DNA of 63,737 nucleotides, filler included, from Perkinsus chesapeaki ATCC PRA-425 (lineage: Eukaryota > Protista > Perkinsozoa): the NCBI GenBank assembly GCA_013115145.1. It is 10 parts of 10 records of this genome, joined end to end, with 100 filler letters (N's around TTAATTAATTAA, not from the genome) between each part and the next. Parts side by side here need not be neighbours in the genome. Positions count along the whole stretch, not along the records: positions 1 to 29,398 come from JAAPAO010000456.1; 9 more parts are not named here. One strand, written 5' to 3'. Below, in pieces: positions 12,476 through 24,357 of this stretch (the stretch's first letter is position 1; every line of letters starts with the position of its first letter). The notes beneath the pieces are model-generated. The model was not told the DNA's origin, did no database searches, and saw nothing but the letters and a program-made list of their open reading frames with translations. The translations under genes and the position numbers were made by a program.

Positions 12476-14487
12476 TCAACTAGCAATCAACTTAACACGT
12501 GGAACTTCCATTGGTGAAGTATCTCCTCGTGGTGCTTCATCTCGCATAGATGGGCATACTTGTGCTTTCGAACAACCTCTACACATGCCCTGCGACAAAT
12601 AGAACTTTTCAGACTTCATAAAATGGTTCTCACACGTGAATTTAGGAAGCACTCGCATCCACGTTACCACATGGCCATGGGTCAGGGCTGCTCTCAGAGC
12701 ACCTGTATTGGGCGGTGCATAGAACACCCATGGCGTGTGCAATAAGAACTAGTTCGATATCATACCGTGACGTACAGGGTCTCTCGTATATATTAGCTCA
12801 CACCTAATGAGCAATAATGGAACTGCTGCCAAAGTGCTTTCTTTTCGCCATGCTGCTGATCCAAAGACATGCAAAGTCGAGATAGAACTTCTACATGGAA
12901 ATGAGCGAGCTTTTGCGGTAATCAGCATCATATCCTTTCCTGTTGAGCTCACTAAGCTCCATGGCTTCCCTGTTAATACACTCGGTGATCTTTGTGCAAG
13001 CCTTTACTGGTGTAACCGCGTGATGTTGCCAACTGTCATTATAGAAGATTAACTTTTCACGGAGTCAAGAAATGTTCAAACCAGGTTTATCTGTTTACTT
13101 GGGATTGCCTTGTCGCTTTTACAACATGTCACTCAGGCAGGATACAGTTGCCGCTGTGTACCTGCGTGCAGCACGTGCTATATGTGCTCTTTTCCTTCAA
13201 TTGCCGAAGACTATATCTGTTAATTGGAATACCGAATTAACTCGAGCGCTGCAGTGTGTTGCGAGCGATGACTTCCTGGGTGAGTATGTCCATAGTTACA
13301 ATAGTTAGTCTTACACTAGTAAATAATACCTCAGTATTTACTATTTCTCAGAAATAGTTTTTTCTCTCAGATTTCTGGCCTGATAGTGTTCCTTCTCAAC
13401 TACCTCCCTGTGTTACAGACTGTGCAGTAGGCCCCGGAAGATCAGTTGCGTAAGCCGACAATCGGAAAAGTCTCTCAAAATACCATCGACATGGTATTAT
13501 TGTCGCGACTGTTTACCGCGTATCCCAGTTGCGTCACTTATATGTCCGACTTGTGACCTTCGTATCCGTATGCCTTTTTTGATGGATCCAATTCGCAATT
13601 CGCGTGTATTTGTATGGGACCGTGGTTGAGTTCTGAGAGCAACGTCACCGCAATCTCTTGGACTAGCATCACTAGTAGTGATTCACTACTGCACTTAGCT
13701 AACAGCAATACTATATCGAAAGGTTAATCAAATCACATCAAGCACACTTCAGTCGATGCCAGACATCATCATTTCAGATGGAATACTTTTTGTGTTCGTT
13801 CCAACGACTATGTTGATGAGACACGGCTAGGGTTCACGCTCCACTGGTGAGGCTCTATGTTGGGCAACCCGACGACATGATATTCTGACTCAGAATTTCT
13901 CAGCCTCCCTCTCGAGCTCACTTTTTCACCCGCCTTGAGGCGTTAGCAAGCTTTGCCTATAGCTGTACGCTACACGTATTTGAGAGCAATAGAAGAGCAA
14001 TGAACGTTCCCATAATGTTTGATGTTGCACTTCGCTCCTCCGGCAAACCTTGTACCGGACTCGATATTTCGCCTGCGCATTAGAAACCCTGACGAATACA
14101 CTTATGGAAAGCTGTGTAGATGTCTGGTACGCGTAATTGGTGTCATGGTTCACGCTCCCCACGTCTACTGTACTCGAGTTGTACTGGAATAATCCCTACC
14201 TATCGCGCTCACATCGTAAATAGTTAAATTTTCGGAAACTACATCTCCGTTCGAATTGAGTTGCTGAAGAGAAACTTCTCGCAGGCCAACAAATACATAA
14301 CTGTGACACGTTGGAAAAGCATTCCTGCTCAGGACTTGTCCTCGAGTGGGTGATCTGTCAATTAATGGTTGTGAATGGTCGCCGACGCCGGAAACTAATA
14401 CGATATCTGTAAGGTGAGGACTTCGGAGGCAATTCACGGTTCTGGAACTCCCCGGGGGTCATGTTATCATGGATGGTGTGGTGGCAT

Positions 14488-14722
14488 GGTGTGTGTGCGT
14501 GAGTTTATAGTTCAACGCCAAAAGTGGCCTAGTTAGGCTATGCATTCCATGTGCAACTGTTGCCGGGGGAGTTTAATACCTATACTGCATATGTGGTGCG
14601 CGAATCATGCCAAGTGAATAACAGTATAGGTATTAAACTCTCGCTCTGAAGCTGCACATGAAATGGATAGTCTAACTAAGCAAATTTTCGGCGTTGGACC
14701 ACAAACTCCACAGACACACGCC
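14488..14722. repeat. Fold-back element: ~100-bp inverted arms around a 34-bp spacer
   Basis: 14488-14587 is the imperfect reverse complement of 14622-14722. The inner 19 bp (GAGTTTAATACCTATACTG / CAGTATAGGTATTAAACTC) are perfect. Confidence 0.88.
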
Positions 14723-15194
14723 AAGCGAACTTCATGCATGGCTTGTTGCTAGGCACAACAATATCGAGATGTCGCCGGAATGAAAATTGCCCAGCTACTC
14801 AAAGTGCCACCGACAAACGTGCATTGTAAATACATGTAAACGCTACAACTCGACAATCCCACAAGAGAAGTCTTGACGAAAGGTATTGGTCGATGGTTCA
14901 GTACGATTGGGAGCCTGAATACTTCACACTTGCCCGCTATGACGAACTCGATGGGAGGAGAATGAGGCAAATGCCAGACAACCCTCGGAAGCTACAGTCG
15001 AACGATGAGCCTTACACATGGTGAGAGCTCTTCAGTTCTCTCTTCGCTCCTGGTGGGGGGGGCGCTTTATATTAGCGAAGCAACACTTTAATTCATAAAG
15101 TTTCCATAATTTATGGACCATAAAGGATCTTATCAGGTACCTTGCTTGTCGAGTAGATACTCGGAGGCTGCTACCGACAACAGATGGCGTAGAG

Positions 15195-15828
15195 GTGTTC
15201 TTCATGCAGGATGCTCAGACATTGTCAAACGTATTTGGGAGAGATGTCCAGTTCTTTGGCGAAACTACCTTATCCAGTACAGTACTGGAAATTTCCAGTC
15301 GCGTCGAATTTTTCCTAAAAGGTTCAGCCAAGTCCGCCAATAGTGATACTCTCGACGATGACGACTACACAGCGAGGTGTTGGAGGCCCTCCTGGCACCC
15401 GGAACAGCATGGTCGTGCCAGGTTCAAATTTACGTGCTGCTACCCAGATTCAATTTCGCCCATAACAACTACACAATTTCCCTCTACCACGACATCCGCC
15501 TCGAGCTCCTATGGTGCGCTATTCTCCATTCGTTGCGAGCTTCTCTTTCGATTAGTTCCTACAACAACGTCCCATTGGACATCTGCACCGTCGTCATCAT
15601 CTACAGTATCCTCTACTGTCTCCACTTCTACTCCTCGAGCAACCACTACAACTATCGGTGCGTTCAGCTTCTATTTGTACGCAACTAAGGAACCAACTCA
15701 GTTTCGGTCACGATGAACCCCACTGGTGTCGCGGGATCGTCCTTCCCCACTGCCGTGGTGATATTCGCAAGCTGTGCCGTGGTTGCTCTGCTAACTATCA
15801 TTATTGTACTCCTTCGTCGACCAGATAA
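15195..15828 (+). CDS. Ser/Thr-rich mucin-like single-pass membrane protein (multi-exon, ends unresolved)
   Basis: S/T-rich exons (TTTQFPSTTTSASSS; PTTTSHWTSAPSSSSTVSSTVSTSTPRATTTT) splice via a short intron to a hydrophobic helix AVVIFASCAVVALLTIIIVLL followed by RRPD. Confidence 0.6.
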
Positions 15829-16249
15829 GTGAGTATACTTTGCACATCGAGTCGACTTTCATGCTCTATTGTTTGGGCGTTTCTTCATGCTCAATAGTTC
15901 AACACAATAACTATCCTTCCGTTCAAGATCTTCACGGGTGGTAGGGAATATTTAGTACAGCCCGACGCAATAAAATAGAACAATTCGTATTTTTTCGATT
16001 TCTTACTCAATACTGAATATTATCGAGCGTATTCAGAACATGAGTAGTAGAATGATAATAGAAAACACGACACTAAATCGATCAACCGTTTCATACCGTT
16101 TACGGTATATCTGCTTTACTGTGTGTATCGCGAGACACTATACTCCATTATATACTGGCCTCGATTTTTTTATACTATTATAATTTATATATGCCCTTGT
16201 ATTTGGTGGTCATTGTGCGGTAATCAGTAGTTTTCCCTCTGAAAAGATA

Positions 16250-17216
16250 CAAAGTGGCGCCGGATGTTCTTCCGGCAGCCATCGCGGAAGCGGCGTCGGA
16301 CCTCAATCAATCACCCTCCTCATTATCAGCCGACGGTGCTATTGACCTCGAGGAGATTGTAAGCAATCATAGCGATACAAGGCATACTTTCAGGGGCCGC
16401 AACAGTGCATCGGGGTGTTGACAACAACGCCAAGAGAATGTTGCTCTATATCGAATGCGATTTTGGTTAGAGGAGTTCATGACGTGATTCTGTTGTTTTT
16501 AGCGTGCGGTGCGAGAAGCGATGAACCCCTTCAATCGTTTCGCTAAGCAGAAGGAGGAGCAGCAAAGAGCTCAAGCGAAACAGTTCGAGCGAGTACGAGA
16601 GGAAAAGGAAAAGAAGGAGAAAGAGAGAAAAGAAAAAGACAGAGAAAAACGTGCCAACGAGCAAGAGCGGAAGGAGGTGCGTCGAAACCGATTTCCCTTT
16701 CACCTTCGCACTACTTTGAGGACACCACAACTCGCAATGAAAAACAGTTTTAATACTATGACATAAAACATACTTTTATCAGGCTCGAGAAGCCGAGGAG
16801 AGATCTCGGAGAGAAGCCGAAGCAGCCTCCCGCAATGTACGAATTCTACGTCATGCTACGGTTTATTGAACAGCTTGTAGAATACGAAACATAATAGTGG
16901 AAATAAAGACGGCTCTAGCTCGAGGTCGCCCGCCGGCCCAAACAATAGTGATGCAGAAGAAATAGATGAGCTGCCCGCTGTTCGTGAACTTCGCCGAGAT
17001 CTCGAGAAGTCGAAGGCGAGCGACTCTCATAAGAAAAGAAAACAATGGTGAGGAAGCAGCTCGGAGTTGGGAGACGAAAAAAGCCATTTTAGAAAATGAA
17101 AAATCAGGTTCAAGAAGTTGCAATTCAAGTGGCATCCCGACAAGAACAAAAGTGACGAAGCGACTATAGTGTTTCAATTCTTGCAGAGCAAGAAGAGCTG
17201 GTACCTTGAAAAATGA
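16250..17216 (+). CDS. Charged coiled-coil protein with a C-terminal J-like domain (HPD motif)
   Basis: E/K/R-rich exon at 16509-16678. The last exon reads FKKLQFKWHPDKNKSDEATIVFQFLQSKKSWYLEK* with HPD at 17133-17141. Some exon phases are unresolved. Confidence 0.6.
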
Positions 17217-18573
17217 AGCTGCATGTGTGACGCTGTTCCATGTGATATCGTCTCTCACCCAGTGGTGTCGCGTTTCCTATCTCTTTGTAAAACTAACATC
17301 ATGATGATCATATTCAACACGCTGGAGTAGAGCCTCGATGTTGAAACGATATCAGGTTTGTACTGATCGGTGTGGAGTAACGGACTGTTCTCAACTTCCC
17401 TGTTTAGTAAACGGTATAAACCTCTTAATGGTGTTTAGTCTTTGTTTGTTTTTATTAGTCGACTTCGTGCTAGAAGCAAGATCCAATCTACAGTACGCAA
17501 GAGACACAGCCCATCGCTACCAAAACTAGAATATATCGAGCCGTGCGGGTCAGTGACCTGAGGTCACCATTCGCGCGTGAAGGACCAGCATTAGTTGGTA
17601 TCTCCAATAAAATAACTTGAGCCCTCGAGGAGCCGAGAGATGTCGACTTTATCAGCTAGCTGCATGCATTCGTGTAAAGTATACGATCGTGCTGGCGAGT
17701 AACGGACAATGTTTGAGTGTGATCGCCCCCATGAATGGCGGAATCCTCATGTACTTCAGCCCGAGCACGAAAAAGTGCAGTTCGCACAGCAACACACAAA
17801 GTGCGAGACGAGAAAGTTCGAATGGCAAGCAAAATGCTACATCATGAAGCCTACTTAACTTCTAGCCTCCACAGGATCACGACGTATGCAAAAGACGCTT
17901 ACAAGCTTCCATTACCTTCTTACTCTCGCTCTAAGATATGCCGAGTTCAATACTTTAGAATATTGCGACGATACTTGTTAGCTACGTTGGTTCGGCTAAC
18001 TTAGCCAACGAGGCCGTACATGTAACTTGTAGCATACTCGAACATCCTCATTCTAGAGACTCCATACAGTAGTTGATATCCCTGGGATATAAACTACACG
18101 AGCTTACCAGAAGCAGGCATGTCATGCGTGTAAAATATCCACACCTCGCGCAGAGTCACGAACACAACAAGCACTGCGGTTAGTTGAAGCTCGAACAGTC
18201 TAAGACCTAGGCTCTGGGCTAGGTTCAGCCAAATGAGCTACCCGGTTTCCAAAAAAATAGATCCCTGGAGGCCTTACCACAAAACTTATAATCGCATACC
18301 ATCATACAATACCATCATAGCGCCACCAAAGAAAAAAAGCGCGACCCGCAGGGCGGCACAAAAAAGTGAGACGTGAAGAAATGTAGTGACATTCAACTAA
18401 CTACCGAAAGATGCTGCTTGATGCAACTCCTCTATATGGTACCAACAGATAGTACCCAGTAACTGAGCTAGTCAATAACAAGCTTCAGTGGCTCGAGTTC
18501 TCTACTAACGTATTGTTACACGGCCTATTGCTTTGGATACAGTATAACCATTTAGGAAGTGCTGCCCAGAAGA

Positions 18574-19574
18574 CTATGGTATTAGTTTCGCTACAGCCGC
18601 ATCAGCATCGACGCGCCCGAATGGGAGAGTAGCAGCTCCAGTAGCATCCTTCAGGCCCTTCTTGGCAGTATCCTTGAGAATTTTCTTAACCTGGCTAGAG
18701 GATAGAGCTGGGTTGAGACTGTAAAGCATCGCAGCGACACCAACTATGAATGCCGAGGCTGGGCATGTTCCTTTATATCTTGTATACCCGGCATCATTCG
18801 TTGTAGTAACGATTTTAACACCCGGCGCAGCGATGTCAACAAAGTTTGCGAAGCTCGAGCCTTTCGACAATCTCATATTGATCTGCTCGGTCGCAGCGAC
18901 ACATATCATTCCGGAAAGTTGTTGAGTAAGGTTACAGGGGAATCTTTGGTCGATGGTTGTATTGCTTCCTGTATTCCCAGCAGTAGTTATCATAAGTAGG
19001 CCAGCCTCGTCGGCTTCCCTGAGCTTCTTCCGAAACAGTGGCATAGGTTTTTTGAAAAAGAAACAGGGAGGAATATTATTTTGATATCCTTTCTCTTTAT
19101 ATTTCGAATGGCATAAGCGACGGCGACTCCCATGTTAACGTCCGTAAACTTATCCTCAACCGAGACAGGCATAATACTGACAAGGTCCATAACACCCGAT
19201 AGGCCAATAGAATTGTTGATCGTAGCACCAAAAACGCCAGCATCAAGGGTTCCATGCCCAATCACATCGTCAGTATCATTGTCGTCCTTAACTACATTGT
19301 AACCTTCGACAATCTGACCCATTAGGTCGGGGTGGTCCCGCTTCACCCCACTGTCCACGTGGGCCACAGTAATCCTGTGTCTTTTCAGCTTGGTGGACTT
19401 CAAACGCCTCCAAGCTCCCGGAACACCAATTGCTTCCATATATGCGGCCTGTTTCACATAAAGGGGATCGTTAACAGGCGGAGAATTACCAGTGTACGGT
19501 AGTCCCTCTTCAGCCGACCTGATTGCGATTACCGAGGCTATAAAGAAGGGGAGTTTGTGAAGTGTCTGACACAT
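18574..19574 (-). CDS. Subtilisin-like S8 peptidase split by one frameshift, with Cys at the nucleophile position
   Basis: The upstream ORF has the Asp motif (VAHVDSG) and His motif (GHGT). The downstream ORF has the oxyanion motif AGN, DIAAPG and GTCPA in place of GTSxA. The frames join at about 19050. Confidence 0.9.
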
Positions 19575-20856
19575 GTAATGGCAGAAGAACCTTGAGAATA
19601 GTAATATCTAACAGCTCTACGATTACTAAGGTAAGTTTCTCGGCTATCGGATTTTCCGGGTGGGGATGCGATATAGCGGCGCTACAACTGCGCCGTCCTC
19701 CAGGGTTGGCGAGCACCGATGTTCCTGGGGGATGTTGGCACGGGTGATAATACATTGCGGAACAACACGCTGGAAAGTGAAGTGCAACTCCACAAGAGTT
19801 ACTTCTAACAACTCCAGAGCTTACCCTGCTGTTCGTAGATCTTGAACTTGCAGTGGATGTATGATGAACGGGGACGGTCTCCGGGAGACCTCCTCCATAA
19901 CAAAGGCCCCCAGCCGCCAGCTGAAAGGTGTTACCTTAGTGCCATTGTCCAAGGCGGTCTTATGCTGCACCTCCTCAAAATGTACAGTAGCGCCAAACTA
20001 GCAGCCTCGCTTGTGAGCTTAAGCTCAGGGTCATCATCCTTCAGCTCCGCTCAAATTTCCAGAGAATTGAAGCACTGTGCGGCTCCATCGTCAAGTAACC
20101 CGAGCCTTTCTCTAAATAGCCTCTGCTCGAGTATTCCCAAACATTTGCGAATACTTGGCTGACGTATTCGGTCGTCCATCCAGTATCTACGGCCTGAACA
20201 CTACGGGTCATTGCCAATGAGTGACTCAGAATGCGACAACAGTACACCTGAACTTCAGGTCCTGAAGCGCAGAGATATCAATTTAGTCATAGGCCCCGAG
20301 CCCCCGAAACGTCAGTCTCGCCGTACCTAGGTCTGTCGGCCTCCGCTAAAGGTCTAACGAACGGTTCATGATGCGTCCAAGAGCAAAGGGATGTAGAGAA
20401 CTGCGTCCATCAGAGTGCGTGTTTAAGGGGCGCGCAAACGTGTTTCTGAACCCTTCTGGTTTTCAAGAGTCGTTGCTTACATGCTTCGTTCGACTGACTA
20501 CCAGTTCCCGTTACTGACTTGGTAGTACCATTTGACATGCATGTAAGAGATCTCCATTGCCAGATCTCTTGCATTGGTTACTATCCTCAATGAGAATGAA
20601 CGCTCCCGAGTAACCACGACTCATTAACATGACTGCCTCTCCGCCACTAAGCATGAACGCAAGCTACTATCATCAAAAAACAGATGGATTGCTCACATGT
20701 ATTGAGTATCGATATTAAAAAGCTGCGATATAAAGAGGCTCTCCTCGTGGGAGTATAACCCAGAAAGAACCAGTAATTATTACTGGCAATACCAAATTCA
20801 TAAATAGAACTACGTGCTTGCAAGACCTACACTGTGGAGCTTCGATGAGCTTCCTA

Positions 20857-22305
20857 TTAAATATATTTCGCGATGGCATTGCTCTCAAGTCTGAGCCAAG
20901 ACTCTCTCTTTCTTAGCAGCGTCATATCAGTAGCCAGTCTCGCGAGCTCGTCATTAGACAATCGGATGCTGGAAACCGCAACAGTAATAACATAGTCCCG
21001 CGTGGTAGACATATTCGCATATGGAGTCAAGTCGAGCTGATCATATTCGCCTTCATGGAACTTGAACTTGGAAAACATTTCACGAGTGTGCCAACAGTGC
21101 ACGTGCTTGATCTTCGTATTAGTAATGGGATCCTTCTTGACCGACTGGAAGTCCATGAATCCTTGATCGGCTCCGAAAGCGGCAACATTATTGCTGATAT
21201 GGTTAAGAGCTACATGTCCGCCATAAAGGAGAGCAACCGCACGATGCCAATGCGGCCAGCTCTCCGCGCGCGAGCAGCACTTCTCGAATTCGGAGAACTC
21301 CTGTGTGAGGAGCCACCTAATGATCGTGAGAGTGAGATTAGCTGTTGCTCTAAAGAGCTTGAGGTTTCCATACCACGTGCTTCCAAGGCTCGTCAATCCC
21401 TGAGCGGATCGGAGCCCTAGGGTTTGAGCCACGTACTGGAGGTGCAGGTTAGCATTTTTACTGGCGTAACCCCCCCAACCCACAATGAGCTGGGTGCGAC
21501 CGATAGGCAGCCAATCGGTGAAACCGGGCATAAGGAAGGTGTCCAAATCAGTACGAAGAGCATAGTCGTACTCAAATCCGTTATACTCTGACATTGTTAG
21601 CATGCAGTCTATATAAGAAGTATACTCGAGCAGGGGATCACTAGGCTCCTTTGAGTACAGTTGGCGGTCTTGCAAGGGAGTGTACTTGATGAGGATACAT
21701 CGACCAGTCTCAGAAGCATCGCTACGGGGCATGCTTGTGCAGCCGATCTCCTCTGCCACCTGTTGGCCACGAGCAGACGTGAATATCACCAAGTCGGTAC
21801 GGATGTCGACAGGCTCTTTCACAAGAACGAGTAGCCATGATAGGTATAGTGCTCGAAGTTCACGTTGAAACCGTGGAGGAGCGGTGGTTGGCATGTAAGC
21901 CATCACGGCCCGCGTGGTGGTGATATTAGAATGCAACGAGTTGAGGCCAGCAAGTTGCGCAACAGTATCATCGAGGTGAGCTGCAGCATCCGCGACTTGG
22001 GATTTCAAAATATCGCGTCCTTGCTGTAGTTTCCAGTATTCTGCACTCGTGATGCTTTCCAACATATATGAAATCTTTGACCTATTATCTGGAATTAGGA
22101 CTATGCCAGGGAGTGATCGCCGTTGACTTAGATTGGAGCTATTGGAGTTGGCTTCGGCGGATGTGATGACTGCTTCATTAGGCCGAAATGAAAGGCCACG
22201 AAAGGACTTCTCATACGTGTAGATGGCAGACCAGTGACAAGTTTGGAATAAGATGCAGAGGAGACTAGCAGTGCCGAGAAGAGCAAATAGACCCGATACG
22301 ATCAT
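20857..22305 (-). CDS. Intronless 482-aa type II membrane protein with a DxD motif (glycosyltransferase-like, uncharacterised family)
   Basis: Long uninterrupted ORF with an N-terminal hydrophobic anchor, a stem region, then YALRTDLDTFL, VGWGGY, LGSTWYG and HVHCWH motifs. Confidence 0.8.
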   Translation of the reverse strand: MIVSGLFALLGTASLLCILFQTCHWSAIYTYEKSFRGLSFRPNEAVITSAEANSNSSNLSQRRSLPGIVLIPDNRSKISYMLESITSAEYWKLQQGRDILKSQVADAAAHLDDTVAQLAGLNSLHSNITTTRAVMAYMPTTAPPRFQRELRALYLSWLLVLVKEPVDIRTDLVIFTSARGQQVAEEIGCTSMPRSDASETGRCILIKYTPLQDRQLYSKEPSDPLLEYTSYIDCMLTMSEYNGFEYDYALRTDLDTFLMPGFTDWLPIGRTQLIVGWGGYASKNANLHLQYVAQTLGLRSAQGLTSLGSTWYGNLKLFRATANLTLTIIRWLLTQEFSEFEKCCSRAESWPHWHRAVALLYGGHVALNHISNNVAAFGADQGFMDFQSVKKDPITNTKIKHVHCWHTREMFSKFKFHEGEYDQLDLTPYANMSTTRDYVITVAVSSIRLSNDELARLATDMTLLRKRESWLRLESNAIAKYI

Positions 22306-23223
22306 TAAAAATAAGAATATCTGAAGGCAGTGCGTGAGTCTGCAGCTGCGTACATAATCGGTAAGGTAGCACTCTGCTCCCTATGGGCTTAGTGTCAGAA
22401 GGAGCCATTATACTACTCCTGACAGGAGCACTGCAATATAATGGAGAGAAATGCATGCTGTAGAACCTTGATGGTCGGATATATTCAGGGACAGACTCGG
22501 CTGTATCCCGTGCCCTTCGAGAATCTTTTGTAGTGAACTTTCGCCCGCGTATCAGCCGGAATGAAACGGTCATACGGAGTGCGCTCGTCCGAACTTGAGT
22601 GCCTAGTCCATTAAGCCTGGTAGATCCACTAAGGATTGGTATAGGCGACGATGGATAATAATAAGATTTTCAATAGAACTTGAGTCCCTGAGGACAGTCC
22701 ACTTTGAGAGAGGCTGTCACTGACAGGCTGTCACCCACAATGCAGTTTCTGCGAATGGTTGTTGTTATCGGCGACAATACCGTTAATATCGCCGATACCA
22801 TTGGTATCAATATTGGTAAGTTACCAACGGTAAAATACCCCAGCGTTGGCATAATAAGAATTCAAGTTAGCTGGACAGAATAGCTTCCCCAAACAAAGAA
22901 CCCTCGTTTTAAATTCAAATATCTCAACATGCTTCAGTACTAATTAGCTTTAGCAGGCTGTAATAGTGGGCAACTAAGTTCGTGTGAGTGTTGATTCAAT
23001 GCAAAACGAAGAAGTGGTAATGAAGGAACCACCAGTAATACGGTACAGAGAAAGATACTACTATCTACTAAATTACGATCCACCATTGCGCGGCAGTGGC
23101 TGTAGTTATTTTATCGAGTTCTGGTGTCCGTACTAGTCCGCTTATCTATAGTATGGATTCTATACTGGTTTTCCTTACGAAATACACCAACGGCAGCGTG
23201 GTGTGCGATTTTCATTGGATGGC

Positions 23224-23310
23224 GGTGTGTGTGAGTTTATAGTCCGAAACTGGCTTAGTTAGACTATCCATTCTATGTGCAGCTTCAGAGCGAGAGTTTA
23301 ATACCTATAC
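23224..23310 (+). repeat. Solo copy of the fold-back arm found at 14.5-14.7 kb
   Basis: GCTTAGTTAGACTATCCA..ATGTGCAGCTTCAGAGCGAGAGTTTAATACCTATAC is nearly identical to the reverse complement of 14625-14681. Confidence 0.88.
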
Positions 23311-23519
23311 GGTTATTGTCACTTAAGGTTCACCAAAAACGAATGTAACTAGTCCCAAGAGATTGATGGCGGTATTAGACGGCACGTCCAATTAGGCGCA
23401 CTTATTCAACACAACACATCAAAGTAGACAGCAACATCTACACATATCATCACGCTCAATGACATACACAAAGCATCTAAAACCTATCTTACGCTTACCA
23501 TCGCCCACAGTATATTCAT

Positions 23520-24357
23520 TTACTCTCTGCCGGGGGGGGACCAAACACGAGTATTCCCACTGTCACGCTCTTTATCTTCACTCCTCCATCCATTCTTAAC
23601 ACAAGTTTCAACGGTCTTGTCATAAAGGTTCCAACAATCCTGTAGGAGTTCATTGAATGATCTCCATTCTTCAACCATAAGTTCTTTAACTTCAGTGCAA
23701 ATTCCCTCCAGTATTATCTTTGCGTCTTTGCCAGCTTTTCCCTTGTGTTCTAGAGCAATGATCGCCTTATTGTCTAACCTCTCTTTCGAGCTTATTTTCA
23801 ATTCGCTGCTTAATTCCAGTAATTTATGTAGTCTCACATCAAAACGAGAAGTGTCAATATTTTCCAAACGCATCAAGCCCCCAGTGTTAACAGGACTCTT
23901 GAATAAGTCAGATGGGTAAGCTCCATCTTCAGGCTCCGTTATGACCTGCCTGATCTCTGGTGGATGGATTGATTTAGTGTAACTGTGAGAAGGGCACTAC
24001 GGTAGTCAATATACTGGATTACGAGCTTTGCCTTACAATTGCACCTGGCCACGGGGAGAGTCGACCAATGCAACCCTCAGCTTCGCGCCCTTCCGAACAA
24101 CAACGTCCACGGTGTTCGTATCGTCAAAGTAATAGCATCTACCGTCGCCCTCATTTGCGCGCAGTCCGACATGCTTAAGCGGAGGGAATACCTGATACCT
24201 CAGGTGCGCAATGGAAGCACGTGGTAATCTTACATCTTTGGTGTTAATGCCGGAAGCACCAACGTTCTTATTATTGCTTCTAAGAGCGATAACAAATGGT
24301 TTGGCGGAGAATAAAGCGACGTAAACCAAGTTTGAGATGACTTGTTTGATTGACATG
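23520..24357 (-). CDS. Hypothetical secreted protein, probably two exons
   Basis: Signal-like start MSIKQVISNLVYVALFSAKPFVIA. The open frame continues to a GT near 24044, and a second open frame runs PEIRQVITEPEDG...VWSPPGRE*. Confidence 0.5.

Noticed and set aside
19840-20200. Minus-strand open stretch with one internal TGA
   Set aside because: No recognisable domain. It cannot be told apart from a pseudogene fragment or a chance ORF.
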